Assembly (NCBI GenBank): GCA_964501055.1
Contig: CAZCRP010000001.1
Span: 1 to 60,513, forward strand
Source: an uncultured Acidimicrobiaceae bacterium
Lineage (GTDB): Bacteria > Actinomycetota > Acidimicrobiia > Spongiisociales > ZC4RG35
Reading direction: 5' to 3'
DNA length: 60,513 nt
A program made the position numbers and the translations under genes. Positions 1-9,595 of the stretch are shown in pieces; position 1 is the stretch's first letter; each line of letters opens with the position of its first letter. The notes below the pieces were generated by a model that saw nothing but the letters and a program-made list of their open reading frames with translations, did not search any database and was not told where the DNA came from.

Positions 1-155
1 GAAGGACACGCCCGGGGTAAGACGATCGTGGCGGTGTCCTGATGGCATTGCCCATGGATGCGATCGACGGCGAGTCGTGCCAGTCGATGCGTCTGTTCCG
101 GAGTCGGTGGTTTTCCGGTCAGTCGACCGGAAGCCATCCTGGCCGATCCGCAGGC

Positions 156-1646
156 TCAGTCGAAGTCGAGTGCGGCGTCGGCGTCGAGGGGGAATGCGGG
201 TCTGGGGAGCCGCTGCCAATCGAAATCGAGCACCCGGGACTGGGTGTGTCCGGGGGTATCGACCCGGATCAGGTCTTCGGTCCAGTCGGCAAAGTACTGG
301 AAGTTGGAGGCGGTCTTCACCACCACCGTCCGCACCGCGTCCCGATCGGTGGCATCCACCCCCAGGTGGGTCCAGAAGAGCGGCTTGAGCACGGATCCGG
401 TCCGATAGCGGGAGACTCCGACGAAGACGTTGCCGATCTTGAGCAATGCGGTCGTACCGAACTCCTGTGCTTCGTCGTGAATGTCGGCGGCGATCACCCC
501 GTCTGTGATGTTGAGCACTTCGGCGCTCACGGTGATAGGTTCGCCCCAACGGGTGTCAGACGAGCGGCCCAGCTGCACTTCGATGGTGGCACCCACCCCG
601 GCCTCGGCCGCTTTCAACGCAGCCGCCTCGTCGACCATCGGAACCAGGGCGGTGTGCTGCACTTGCTGACGGATCATCTCTGCCAGAATCACGTTCGAGT
701 CGCCCGCCGCGCCACCGGCCACGCTGTCGCCCGTGTCGGAGAGCACGACGACTCCGCCGGTCGCGGCCTCGGCTCTGGCCACCGCGTCGGCGACCGGAAT
801 CGACTCCTGAACCATCAAGTCGTCGCGAAGCTCCCACACCTTGCGAGTCAGCTCCTTGGCCAACTCATCGGCCAACTGCGGATCGTCATCGGTGTAGACG
901 AGAGAAGCCCAACCACCCTCTTCCACATCCAGCCACGGCTGCATCGGATACGTCGACACCGAGATCACCCCTGGACGTGACTCCATCTCCCGAGCCAGGT
1001 CGAACCAGATCTTCATCGGCGGCTTGCGGGTCAGGTACTGCTCCTGATGGGTGATCATCGGCGCCTTCCGCATGGCGACCGTCGGTGTGATGTTCTCATC
1101 CACCATCCGGAACAGCGCTTCGGCCGTTTCCTTCCCGGTGTGATACGGATCATGCGGCTGAGTGCGGTGTCCGACGAGGATGTCGGCGTTCGCAACTTTC
1201 CGACGCGTGATGCACGCGTGATGGTCGGTCGATGCCACCAGCCACACATCCAGACCGATCCTGTTCCGAACCATCTCCAACAGTAGGCCCTCGGGATCGT
1301 CGTCGTGCTCGGCCGCCATCGCCCCGTGCAGCGCTAGATACACCGCGCCGACCTCGCCCATCGCGTTCAACTGCTGCTCGAACGCGGCGATGATCTCGTC
1401 GAAGGCCGCCTTCGTCACTCGGCCGCTCGCCCCCGCGCTGGCTCGAACCAACGGCATCAGTTCGACGCCGCCGCGTGCATCGGACACGTCGGCAAACGCC
1501 CACAGCGGGTTACGGGCTTTCCCCCCCGCCCGAAAGTCGATGTCGGTCCCGATGGCATATCCCTGACGACGAAACACTTCTATATCCGTCACCACGGGGC
1601 TGAACGTGTTCGACTCTTGGCTGAACCGGCCGACTGCGATCCTCAT
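156..1646 (-). CDS. M81-family metallopeptidase, MlrC-like (intact copy 1)
   Basis: 496-aa ORF. The N-terminus MRIAVGRFSQESNTFSP and the C-terminal VVKTASNFQYFAD...RVDTPGHTQS...PRPAFPLD strings are shared with the paralogues at 11358, 20939 and 29565. Confidence 0.85.
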   Translation of the reverse strand: MRIAVGRFSQESNTFSPVVTDIEVFRRQGYAIGTDIDFRAGGKARNPLWAFADVSDARGGVELMPLVRASAGASGRVTKAAFDEIIAAFEQQLNAMGEVGAVYLALHGAMAAEHDDDPEGLLLEMVRNRIGLDVWLVASTDHHACITRRKVANADILVGHRTQPHDPYHTGKETAEALFRMVDENITPTVAMRKAPMITHQEQYLTRKPPMKIWFDLAREMESRPGVISVSTYPMQPWLDVEEGGWASLVYTDDDPQLADELAKELTRKVWELRDDLMVQESIPVADAVARAEAATGGVVVLSDTGDSVAGGAAGDSNVILAEMIRQQVQHTALVPMVDEAAALKAAEAGVGATIEVQLGRSSDTRWGEPITVSAEVLNITDGVIAADIHDEAQEFGTTALLKIGNVFVGVSRYRTGSVLKPLFWTHLGVDATDRDAVRTVVVKTASNFQYFADWTEDLIRVDTPGHTQSRVLDFDWQRLPRPAFPLDADAALDFD

Positions 1647-2239
1647 GCGTCACTACTCCCGTGTCGTGATCTGCTCGACCACCGTAGACCGTTGGCGGCT
1701 AGCCTCCGTCGTCGCTATTTCTCGCCCAGATGGATCGTCGGAACGTTCTCGACGTCTCCTTGCGTGAGATGCGGGCGTGCAACACGTACGGTCCGGTCCC
1801 GGCAAGGAACTCTCGCGTAGAGACTGGACCTGATCCAAGCGGTGCTGGCGTTGTCCATGTCGCCTGGAGACGCGACTCGATGAAGGCAGCCATAGCGGTG
1901 CACGGCAGGGTCGTGGAGGGACTGGCGAGGCTTCGCCGACGCGAAGATCATACAAGCCCCGATCGAGCCTCCTCCCGCTCGCTTTTTGCATCGTCGAAGG
2001 AAAGCCCCAGACTCGACGTCATCGCTTGCCTTCGTGTATCCGAACCCTACGTTCGCCCGTCGGCGACGTCCGCGCGTGGTCCGGAACAAAGTGGTGAGAC
2101 GGTCGCAACCCATGGGGCCGATTTTTCCGGACGGCCAGCACATCGGACGAGGAGCTCATTCCGTTCTAGATGTATCGCCCGGCGAATGGCAACGCAACCG
2201 TGGAGCGGCACGTCCCCATGCACGGACGCGGCCAACCCC

Positions 2240-3664
2240 CTATGTTGTTGGGACGGGGGTGTGGTTGACGGTGTGGGTGGCGGCGGCTTCGACGCCGCCG
2301 ACCTCGGCCACCCTGCGGGCCTGGTCGGCTTTGGCTTCGGCGTCCACGGCCTCCGGCTCGCAGATCTCCCGTAGCCGAGCAGCCATCCCCGCCACGATCC
2401 CCCCCGACTCGGGATGCCGGGCAAGGTCGACCATCTCCGCGGGGTCGTCGACGACGTCGAAGAGCTGCGGACGCTCTCCCACGTACTCGATGTACTTGTA
2501 GCGGCGGTGACGGAGCATGAAGCTCGCCGAGGTCGAACCATTGGCGTGGTACTCGGCCAACACCCCCCGGTCCGAGCCGGCCAGCGCCTCTGGGTTCAGC
2601 AGTGACAGCCCCGGCACGTCGGCAGGCACCGCGTCCCGCAGCCCGGCGAGGTCGAGGAAGGTTGGAAACAGGTCCACATGGGACACCGGGGAATGGACGA
2701 CTCGCCCCTCTTCGACGCCCCGACCCGCCACGATCATCGGCACGCCCACCGACTCCCGGTTCATCAGATGCTTGAACCACAGGCCGTGCGCTCCTGCGCT
2801 CTCACCATGATCGGAGGTGTAAACGATGAGCGTGTCGTCGAGATGGCCGGTGCGTTCCAGGGCGGCGAGCACCTCGCCCACCCGGTCGTCGAGGAACGAG
2901 CACAGCGCCAGGTACGAATGCAGCGCAGCGCGATGTTCGGCGTCGGTCAACGGGCGGGTCAGGCCGAAAGACCGTTTGAAGGTCTCGACCGCCGGGTGCT
3001 GCCATGCCTCGTCCAACTCGGCCGGGCCGGGGAAATCCGCCTGGTCGTAACGGTCGTGGTGCTCCTGGGGGGCGATCAGCGGAAAGTGCGGGGTGACGAA
3101 GGAGACCATCAGCGCCCATGGTCTTTCGGCGGACTCGATCTCCAGGTAGCGCACTGCCGCGTCGGCCACCGCCCGGTCGAAACCGGTGTATTCGGATTCG
3201 CCGACACCAACCTCCAACAGGTTCTTGCTCAGCGCACCGTCAGGGCGGTCCGGCACCGCGGCCTGTGGACGCAGCGATACGCCTTCCATGTCGCCGCGGC
3301 CGTGGATATGCATCGCCAGCCGCTGGTCGGGAAAGCCGGTGTCGTCAGTGGTGTTGCGGTAGTGGAGCTTGCCGATCGTCGTCACCCGATACCCGGCGTC
3401 GCCCAGCACATGGCCCCAGCTCTGTGGCCCGCCGACGTACGGAGCGGAGTTGTCCCAGGTTCCCAACTCGTGGACATAACGACCCGTCGCCATGCTCGCC
3501 CGGGCCGGCACACAGATCGGACTGGTGCAGTACGCCTGGGAGAAGGCGGTGCCCCGGGCCGCGAGCCCGTCGATATGCGGGGTGTCGGCGAGTGCCGAAC
3601 CGGCCGCCATCAGCGGGTTCTGCTGGTCCGAAGAGATGAGGAGGATGTTGGGGCGGGTCGTCAT
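2240..3664 (-). CDS. Cys-type sulfatase (arylsulfatase family), no signal peptide
   Basis: An internal ATG at 3664 gives MTTRPNILLISSDQQ. The CxPxR formylglycine motif is present (SPICVPARAS), and the sulfatase strings YTSDHGE and LFPT are seen. The 69 codons upstream in the ORF track belong to a decayed CoA-transferase. Confidence 0.85.
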   Translation of the reverse strand: MTTRPNILLISSDQQNPLMAAGSALADTPHIDGLAARGTAFSQAYCTSPICVPARASMATGRYVHELGTWDNSAPYVGGPQSWGHVLGDAGYRVTTIGKLHYRNTTDDTGFPDQRLAMHIHGRGDMEGVSLRPQAAVPDRPDGALSKNLLEVGVGESEYTGFDRAVADAAVRYLEIESAERPWALMVSFVTPHFPLIAPQEHHDRYDQADFPGPAELDEAWQHPAVETFKRSFGLTRPLTDAEHRAALHSYLALCSFLDDRVGEVLAALERTGHLDDTLIVYTSDHGESAGAHGLWFKHLMNRESVGVPMIVAGRGVEEGRVVHSPVSHVDLFPTFLDLAGLRDAVPADVPGLSLLNPEALAGSDRGVLAEYHANGSTSASFMLRHRRYKYIEYVGERPQLFDVVDDPAEMVDLARHPESGGIVAGMAARLREICEPEAVDAEAKADQARRVAEVGGVEAAATHTVNHTPVPTT

Positions 3665-3811
3665 TTCGTCACCGTACAGCGCCGTGGCCGTCCCAACGGG
3701 TCTGCTCGCTCTGCGTGAACCGGTGAGGTCCGCGGTCGACGCACCGGTCCCAGCTCCGCGCTGCTCGGAGGTCTGCTTGGCGTCGGGCTTCAGTTGCGAG
3801 GTGGTCCGAGT

Positions 3812-4283
3812 GTTCCGGCACCGGAGCGCGTCGATCCGTGCCGTGTCGTAGCCGAGAAGCTCGCGCATCACGTCTCGTGGTCTTCGCCCCCGTCGGGGAG
3901 CGCGCTGGGTGTTCGGCGCATGGACTGTTGACGTTGACGGGTCCGGCGACCTGGTGTACTGGTCCGAGTCGGGGATGGCCGCACTCGATGACGAGGCCCC
4001 GAGCCTCGACCTGAGGATCTGCGAGGGCCGCCGGTACTTCGAGTGCGCGCCCGGTGGGACACCTGGTTCCTCGAGTCTGGTGATCCATGCTCCGGCGGGT
4101 CGCGTCGCGAACTCCGCATCGAGCGATCAGCTCATCCTTGTTGCGGTTCCGGGCGGCGCAGTGGACGAACTGCTCGTCGACCGCCAGTTCCGGGCGGTCG
4201 ATGGTCTCTGCCAGCCGGACCCAGAACTCTTCTTTGGTACACGCCACGACGAACCACTGCGCGTCGTCGCCCCGGAAGAACTG
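3812..4283 (-). pseudogene. Family III CoA-transferase (CaiB/BaiF-like) remnant, copy 1, frameshifted
   Basis: DAQWFVVACTKEEFWVRLAETIDRPELAVDEQF...NKDELIA, then VPAALADPQVEARGLVIECGHPRLGPVHQVAGPV. The C-terminal ELLGYDTARIDALR sits in another frame, fused to the sulfatase ORF. Confidence 0.55.
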
Positions 4284-4289
4284 GGACCC

Positions 4290-4740
4290 GCCACCTGGCG
4301 ACGCGTCCGAGGCGGGGATGCTCCGATTTGATGACAAGGCTGCGAGCCTCGAACTGGGGATCGGCGAGAGCGGCCGGAACGTCCAGAACGGGCCAGGTGG
4401 GGACGCCGACATGCCAGGTCGGCGACCCACTCGTTCGCCGGTCGGATGGCGAACTCGTCGTCGAGGATCGCTATGAGTTCGTCCCTGTTGCGGAGCCGCG
4501 GGCTGAAATCGATGAAGCGATCGTCGGTCGCCAGACCCGAGCGTCCAATCGCCTCGGCAAGGCGGGTCCAGAACTTCTCTTTGGCGCACGCCACCACGAA
4601 CCACTCGCCGTCCATCCTGGAAGATTTGAAACGGTACGAGGCTGGGGGAGGCAGTCCAGGTGCGCGCCGAGCGAGACTGCCGCAGCGTGCTTGTCCGGCT
4701 CGGCCACGAAGGTTCCACCTTTTCACACCCCGCCTGGTGA
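4290..4740 (-). pseudogene. Family III CoA-transferase remnant, copy 2 (tandem to copy 1), frameshifted and internally deleted
   Basis: An N-terminal-like AGCEKVEP string is followed after about 20 codons by DGEWFVVACAKEKFWTRLAEAIGRSGLATDDRF...NRDELIAILDDEF...NEWVADL. After a frameshift it continues GVPTWPVLDVPAALADPQFEARSLVIKSEHPRLG. Confidence 0.5.
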
Positions 4741-4995
4741 CGACGAGGTGTTGTGACTCCCACGCGCGGATCGCCTCTCGGTCCGTCGACCGCCCGATGC
4801 CGGATCGGGCAGAGAGCTCATGCTCGGTGGGGAGGCGGTCACCCGGCCGGTAGGTACCGTCAAGGATCTCGACTCGGAGCGATTCGGAGAGTGTCCGATA
4901 GGCCGGATGGCGGGTCTCGGTTGTCCTGGTACGTTGGAGATACGTCAGACATTTCGGCTAGTACCGCAGGAAGCGGTCGAATGAGGAAGAGCGGA

Positions 4996-5859
4996 ATGAA
5001 AGTCGTGTCATTGGGAGTCGGAACGCCCACCCCGACGGTGGAGAACTGGGGTTCGTCGTTCGTCGTCGAACACGGGAACGAGACGCTGATGTTCGACTGT
5101 GGTCCGGCAGCCACCGATCGGCTGGTCCGGGGCGGGAGGATGCCCACCGACATCAACAATCTCTTCCTGACGCACTTGCACTTCGACCACGTGGTCGACC
5201 TCCCGGCGCTGCTGCTCAGCCGCTGGGACCAGGGCGGTCACTATCTCCCCCCGATCGAGATCGTCGGACCGACCCCGACTGATGGATTTGTCGAGGATCT
5301 GATCGGACCGGACCGTGGTGCCTTTCGCCACGATATCGAGGCGCGTATCGGGTTCGCGGGGAGCCAGCAGGTGTTCATCAATCGCGGTGGGGTGCTACCC
5401 CGGCCATGGCCCACCTATGAGAACCGTGTGATCGTTGCCGGTGATGTCGTTGAGAACGACCGGTGGCGAGTGACCTCCGGTCATGCCCAGCATGTACAGC
5501 CGTACCTCGACTCGCTCGCGTACCGCCTCGAAACAGACGAGGGCTCGGTTGTCTTCACCGGAGACACCGGTCCCTGCCAGGAGGTCATCGACCTCGCCCG
5601 GGGTGCCGACGTCCTGTACTCGATGTGCTGGGATCTCCAGGGAGAGATGAGCCGGTTGCAGGAGGACATTGGTCAAACCGGGCCACTCACAGCAGGCGAG
5701 ATGGCCGCTGCGGCCGGGGTCAAGACCCTGGTGTTGGTGCACCATGGTCCGAACCTCGACATCGAGGAAAACCAACGTCGGGCCGTCGAGGAGGCCGGCG
5801 GGCCGTTCGAGGGCGAAGTCGTGTTCGCCGATGAGGGACACGTGCTGGACATCGGCTGA
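4996..5859 (+). CDS. MBL-fold metallo-hydrolase
   Basis: MKVVSLGVGTPTPT starts at an ATG preceded by AGGAAGAG. The HLHFDH (HxHxDH) motif is present. A paralogous N-terminus lies at 42434. Confidence 0.8.
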   Translation: MKVVSLGVGTPTPTVENWGSSFVVEHGNETLMFDCGPAATDRLVRGGRMPTDINNLFLTHLHFDHVVDLPALLLSRWDQGGHYLPPIEIVGPTPTDGFVEDLIGPDRGAFRHDIEARIGFAGSQQVFINRGGVLPRPWPTYENRVIVAGDVVENDRWRVTSGHAQHVQPYLDSLAYRLETDEGSVVFTGDTGPCQEVIDLARGADVLYSMCWDLQGEMSRLQEDIGQTGPLTAGEMAAAAGVKTLVLVHHGPNLDIEENQRRAVEEAGGPFEGEVVFADEGHVLDIG

Positions 5860-5885
5860 TCGCACCAACGAGACCCAGACGCATC

Positions 5886-6197
5886 GTGGAGCAATCGTCG
5901 GAGGAAACACGCTCGGCGGCTGATCACGCCGGGCTGCTGATTCCACCGGCCGTCGTCATCGCCGGTCTCGTCGTCGGCTTCGTCTCCTCGCTTCTGTTCG
6001 GAGCATTCGACAACCTGGCCGTACTTCCCGGCCATCCCCTGGCGGGAGGATATCCCGAGCCCATCGAGTTGACCTGGGAGAAGCTTCGGTCAATGGTCTG
6101 CTCGCCCTCGTCGTGCGTGTGGGAGTCGGAGCGGCGGTGGTGCTGGTCGGTCGGCTGGTCTCGCGCCGATCAGTCGTGGCCGGGTTTCGCGTGTTGA
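5886..6197 (+). CDS. Hypothetical membrane protein (possibly the 5' part of a frameshifted gene continuing in 6113..6511)
   Basis: One clear hydrophobic helix (LLIPPAVVIAGLVVGFVSSLLFGAF). No recognisable family. Confidence 0.3.
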   Translation: MEQSSEETRSAADHAGLLIPPAVVIAGLVVGFVSSLLFGAFDNLAVLPGHPLAGGYPEPIELTWEKLRSMVCSPSSCVWESERRWCWSVGWSRADQSWPGFAC

Positions 6198-6511
6198 TCT
6201 ACTCGGTCGGTGCGTGGGTCGTCGTCTATGGATGGCGGCTCACCGGTGGCGATGTGATCGGAACGGAGTTCACCGGCGGCAACGCTTGGATCTTGGCTGT
6301 CTTCGTGATCGGGCTGGTGCTCTTCTTGGGCGGGGCGCTGGCCGGCGGCGTGGATCTCGGGGTGCGGTTGGTGATCGGCGAGTTGGCAGGTCGGTCCCTG
6401 TGGCCAGTCAGGCTCGCGATTGTTCCGGCTCGGGCGTTCATGTCGAGGCCGTGCTGGTCTGGATGTGGGCGGGGCCGTGGAGGACTGTGGATCGGATGCA
6501 ACTCTCGGTGA
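6113..6511 (+). CDS. Hypothetical multi-pass membrane protein
   Basis: Several hydrophobic stretches (VGAAVVLVG, VLIYSVGAWVVVYGW, AWILAVFVIGLVLFLGGALAGG). It overlaps the previous ORF by 85 nt in another frame. Confidence 0.3.
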   Translation: MRVGVGAAVVLVGRLVSRRSVVAGFRVLIYSVGAWVVVYGWRLTGGDVIGTEFTGGNAWILAVFVIGLVLFLGGALAGGVDLGVRLVIGELAGRSLWPVRLAIVPARAFMSRPCWSGCGRGRGGLWIGCNSR

Positions 6512-6559
6512 GTGCGACCGTGCTCTGCCGCGGTGCGTTCGTCGGTGAGCGTTCGGCGC

Positions 6560-7531
6560 TCAGGCGCAGGCCGGAGCGTCCGAATCCCAGCGATTGAACT
6601 TCTCCGGCTCCGCGGCCGCTAGGCGCGTACGAGTGTCCTCCCACATTCGAGCCCAGACGGACGCGTCGCGCAGTTCGCGAGACGGATTCGACCGGCTGCG
6701 CGCCACGAAGCTAGGGAACGCGCTGCGACCCGTCGCTTGGCCCGTCGGGTTGTATCGGAGGTCGAAACTCCAGCGGATCTCGTTGCTGACGTTTGGGAGC
6801 GATGCGTGCGCCGTACGACGGTGGAGGAAAAGGGCGTCTCCAGGTTCGAGGGGGACGGCCACCGCTCCCTCCCTGGACAACACCGAGGACGGGATCTCGA
6901 GTCCTGCAGGTCCTCGAGGACAGTGCACCAGGATCTCTCCGCGATGGCTCCCCGGGATCACCTGCAGACAGCCGTGGCGAGCTGTCGCTCTCGTGAGTGG
7001 GATCCACACGGTGAGGATGTCGGAGTCGTCGGCATCCGGGGTGATGACTCCGTTGTCCTGGTGCCAGGAGGTGGCGTGCAACGCGTGTTGACCGGCGGCG
7101 AGATCGGGTGCCACGAGACCCTCTGGGGGCTTGATCCGCACGTGCTGAACCGGGTTCGACTCGATCTCCTCTCCGATGAGGCATTCGACTGCATCGAGCA
7201 GCGCGGGGTTTGTGAGGAGCGCGAATATTCCCGGCCCGGTCCACATTGGCGTGGCCGGTTCGATCGCCGTCTGCGGGAGGGAGAAGTCGAAGTACTGGGC
7301 GTGTGCGCTACCCGTGGCGGCGACGATTCGCATGAAGCGTTCAGCGAACGCCTGATCGGCGTACGTGTCCTCGATCGCTCCGGACGTGAGGAGGTTCGAC
7401 GCCAGTCGATCCAGCACACCTCGATATTCGTCGGTCACGGGGTCGAGATCTTTCGTCGGGTCCAGCAGACCGTGGACCGGAAGGTATCCGTAGATGTGGA
7501 AGTGTTCGAGTTGCGCGGAGTCGAGTGACAT
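6560..7531 (-). CDS. Phytanoyl-CoA dioxygenase (PhyH) family Fe(II)/2-oxoglutarate oxygenase
   Basis: 323 aa. HxD iron motif in SWHQDNG, with a downstream His in VIPGSHRGE. The start lies 7 nt after the upstream stop. Confidence 0.8.
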   Translation of the reverse strand: MSLDSAQLEHFHIYGYLPVHGLLDPTKDLDPVTDEYRGVLDRLASNLLTSGAIEDTYADQAFAERFMRIVAATGSAHAQYFDFSLPQTAIEPATPMWTGPGIFALLTNPALLDAVECLIGEEIESNPVQHVRIKPPEGLVAPDLAAGQHALHATSWHQDNGVITPDADDSDILTVWIPLTRATARHGCLQVIPGSHRGEILVHCPRGPAGLEIPSSVLSREGAVAVPLEPGDALFLHRRTAHASLPNVSNEIRWSFDLRYNPTGQATGRSAFPSFVARSRSNPSRELRDASVWARMWEDTRTRLAAAEPEKFNRWDSDAPACA

Positions 7532-7538
7532 ATGGAGA

Positions 7539-8444
7539 TCAATCGTGAGATGCGAGGCACACGACGAGGTCTCCGGCGACCACCGGCGAGCGTCGCTTGA
7601 GGGCCATCACGTGACCATCGTTGGAGGCAACCAGTTCCTCCAGGACTGTACCTACTACATCGACGACATGCCCCAGGTGCTGGCCCGTGGTGACTCGGTC
7701 GCCCCGGTCTACATCGGCAAGGAAGACGCCTGGGTGGGCGACGGAGACCATGTCGCTGTCGAGGTCGCCGCCGCCTGTCACGCGTATCTGGGGTTCGGTC
7801 CGGCGAGGCGGACCCTCTGCCACCCATCCCAGTTCGGCGAGGACCCGATGCACGCCGTCGACATAGGCGTCCACGGTGGCAGGATTCGTCGGGCCACCGC
7901 CGGGTGACTCGCAGTAGATAGCGTGCTCCACGACGCTGACCGTCCGCCCCTCGGACCGGTGCGGGTGTCGCCAAACGAAGTCCGCTCCGAAGGCGATCGC
8001 GGCCCGTTCATCGATGGTCTGTTCGTCAGGATCCTGACCGCGATAGCCGGCGAGAAACGGCATGTCGTACTGCTGTCCGCTGGTGTGCAGGTCGATGAGG
8101 AAGTCGGCTCCGTCGAGGACCTCGGTGAGGAGGTGGTGGGCGAGGCGGGCGGTGGCTGTACCGTCCGGGTCGCCGGGAAAGACACGTGCGAGGTTTCCGC
8201 CGTCGATCGGACTCGTGCGGCTGTCGGCTGCGAACGCCGCTTCGTGGCACACGGGCACGATGTCGATGATCCCCCGTACCGGAGTGAGCGGCGATGCTGC
8301 GAGCCGGCCGGCGGCGAGTGCACCTTCGGTTTCGTCGCCGTGCACGCCGCCCAGTACCACGAACCGTGGGCCGGAGACGCCACTGTCGACGCGGTGGATG
8401 TCGAAGCCCCCTGCCGGGCCGGCATCGATGCGTCGCACTGTCAT
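7539..8444 (-). CDS. Succinylglutamate desuccinylase/aspartoacylase (AstE/AspA) family zinc deacylase
   Basis: An internal ATG at 8444 gives MTVRRIDAG. The GGVHGDETEG zinc motif and LIDLHTSG are present. The ATGA overlaps the upstream stop at 8441. Confidence 0.8.
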   Translation of the reverse strand: MTVRRIDAGPAGGFDIHRVDSGVSGPRFVVLGGVHGDETEGALAAGRLAASPLTPVRGIIDIVPVCHEAAFAADSRTSPIDGGNLARVFPGDPDGTATARLAHHLLTEVLDGADFLIDLHTSGQQYDMPFLAGYRGQDPDEQTIDERAAIAFGADFVWRHPHRSEGRTVSVVEHAIYCESPGGGPTNPATVDAYVDGVHRVLAELGWVAEGPPRRTEPQIRVTGGGDLDSDMVSVAHPGVFLADVDRGDRVTTGQHLGHVVDVVGTVLEELVASNDGHVMALKRRSPVVAGDLVVCLASHD

Positions 8445-9538
8445 GCCCGCTCCTGAAGTCGGTTGAACGCCGCCTCGACTCGATCGGCGGAAACCCGAAG
8501 CGTGGTGTTGCCCTCCGCGAGCCTGGCGACGGCAGTCGAGTCCTTGTGACCCGCCCCCGACAGCACGGCGACGATGTCCGCGTCGGGTTCGAGACGACCA
8601 GAGGCAACGTCGACGAATACCCCGGCGAGTGCAGTCGCTCCCGCGGGTTCCACGAACACACCTTCTTCTCTCGCGAGCAGGCGCTGAGTGTCCCACACCC
8701 GCTCGTCTGTCACTTCTACGACATGCCCACCCGTCGCCTCGACGGCATCGATGGCGCCGAAATCGAAGAGAACAGGCACCTGCAGACCGGAGACCGTCGT
8801 GCTCACACGGTCGGGAAGCGGGGTGCGGTCTCCGGCAAGTGCCCGCGAAAGGGTGGGGCATCCTGCCGGCTGGACTCCGACGAGTCGGGGCATAGTCACG
8901 CCCAGTCGCTGATACCCCCGCCAGATGGATCCAAGGAGACCACCGCCGCCAACAGGTACATACACTGCGTCCGCGTCAGGGTGCTGTTCGGCGAGTTCGA
9001 ATGCGATCGTCTCGGCTCCACGCATCGCATCAGGCAGGTACCGGGCGCCGGTGAGAAACGGCAGCCAGCCCGCGTCTTCCGCCATGCGGGCGATAGTCGG
9101 AGCGACAGAGTCGGTCGCCGCACCGTCGACTCCTATGCCTTCCACCAGATGCGTCGTCGCTCCGTGGGCGAGGATCTGTTGCAGTTTGCCGTCGACGATG
9201 CCGGAGAGGGTGAAGAGGACGACAGGGAAGCCGGCGCGGGCACCGTATGCGGCGATGGCCGCTCCGCCGTTTCCCGACGACGTGCCAACTGCGCCCCGCA
9301 AACCTCCCTCGCGAATCAGCCCCGCGGCGACGGCGGCAATGCGATCCTTGAAACTCCCCGTCGGGTTCTGGTACTCGGCCTTCAATCGGACCGAGCCAGC
9401 AGCCAGATTCGCGATCGTCGGTCCTGCTGCCTCGATGAGCGGCGTGTCACCTTCGCCGAGTGAGACGACGGCCGATACGTCGGCCACCGGGAGAAATGAC
9501 GAGTGGCGCCAGAGGCCTCGGGTGGGGAAGCCGGTCAT
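8441..9538 (-). CDS. PLP-dependent threonine-synthase-like enzyme (Trp-synthase beta superfamily)
   Basis: 365 aa. The PLP-lysine motif YQNPTGSFKDR and the glycine loop TSSGNGG are present. Confidence 0.8.
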   Translation of the reverse strand: MTGFPTRGLWRHSSFLPVADVSAVVSLGEGDTPLIEAAGPTIANLAAGSVRLKAEYQNPTGSFKDRIAAVAAGLIREGGLRGAVGTSSGNGGAAIAAYGARAGFPVVLFTLSGIVDGKLQQILAHGATTHLVEGIGVDGAATDSVAPTIARMAEDAGWLPFLTGARYLPDAMRGAETIAFELAEQHPDADAVYVPVGGGGLLGSIWRGYQRLGVTMPRLVGVQPAGCPTLSRALAGDRTPLPDRVSTTVSGLQVPVLFDFGAIDAVEATGGHVVEVTDERVWDTQRLLAREEGVFVEPAGATALAGVFVDVASGRLEPDADIVAVLSGAGHKDSTAVARLAEGNTTLRVSADRVEAAFNRLQERA

Positions 9539-9595
9539 TACTGCGATGCTAGCTCGGATGAAAGTGCCAATTCACCATGTGAAACCGTCGTTACA

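Noticed and set aside
112-131. Hairpin TTCCGGTC-agtc-GACCGGAA between the window's first partial ORF and the MlrC-like stop.
   Set aside because: The stem is only 8 bp and has no downstream U-tract on either strand. It could be a weak bidirectional terminator, but the support is insufficient.
1-137. Possible partial genes at the 5' edge: a plus-strand ORF ending ...GKTIVAVS-TGA at 42, or a minus-strand ORF starting MASGRLTGK at 137.
   Set aside because: Both are too short and carry no motif. The minus-strand candidate has mediocre third-position GC.
42-980. 312-aa plus-strand ORF overlapping the MlrC-like gene. Similar long ORFs occur at 2678-3718 (+), 8294-9463 (+), 11388-12596 (+), 29601-30851 (-), 37104-38486 (-) and 44748-45644 (-).
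   Set aside because: All lie antisense to, or out of frame with, genes that carry clear family motifs. They are Arg/Gly/Pro-rich and have no motifs of their own, which is the typical shadow-ORF pattern in high-GC DNA.
1699-1893. The LAGTGPYVL string on the minus strand, reminiscent of the family-5 SBP GTGPY motif, which might indicate an SBP remnant.
   Set aside because: It is a single short motif with no collinear flanking similarity.
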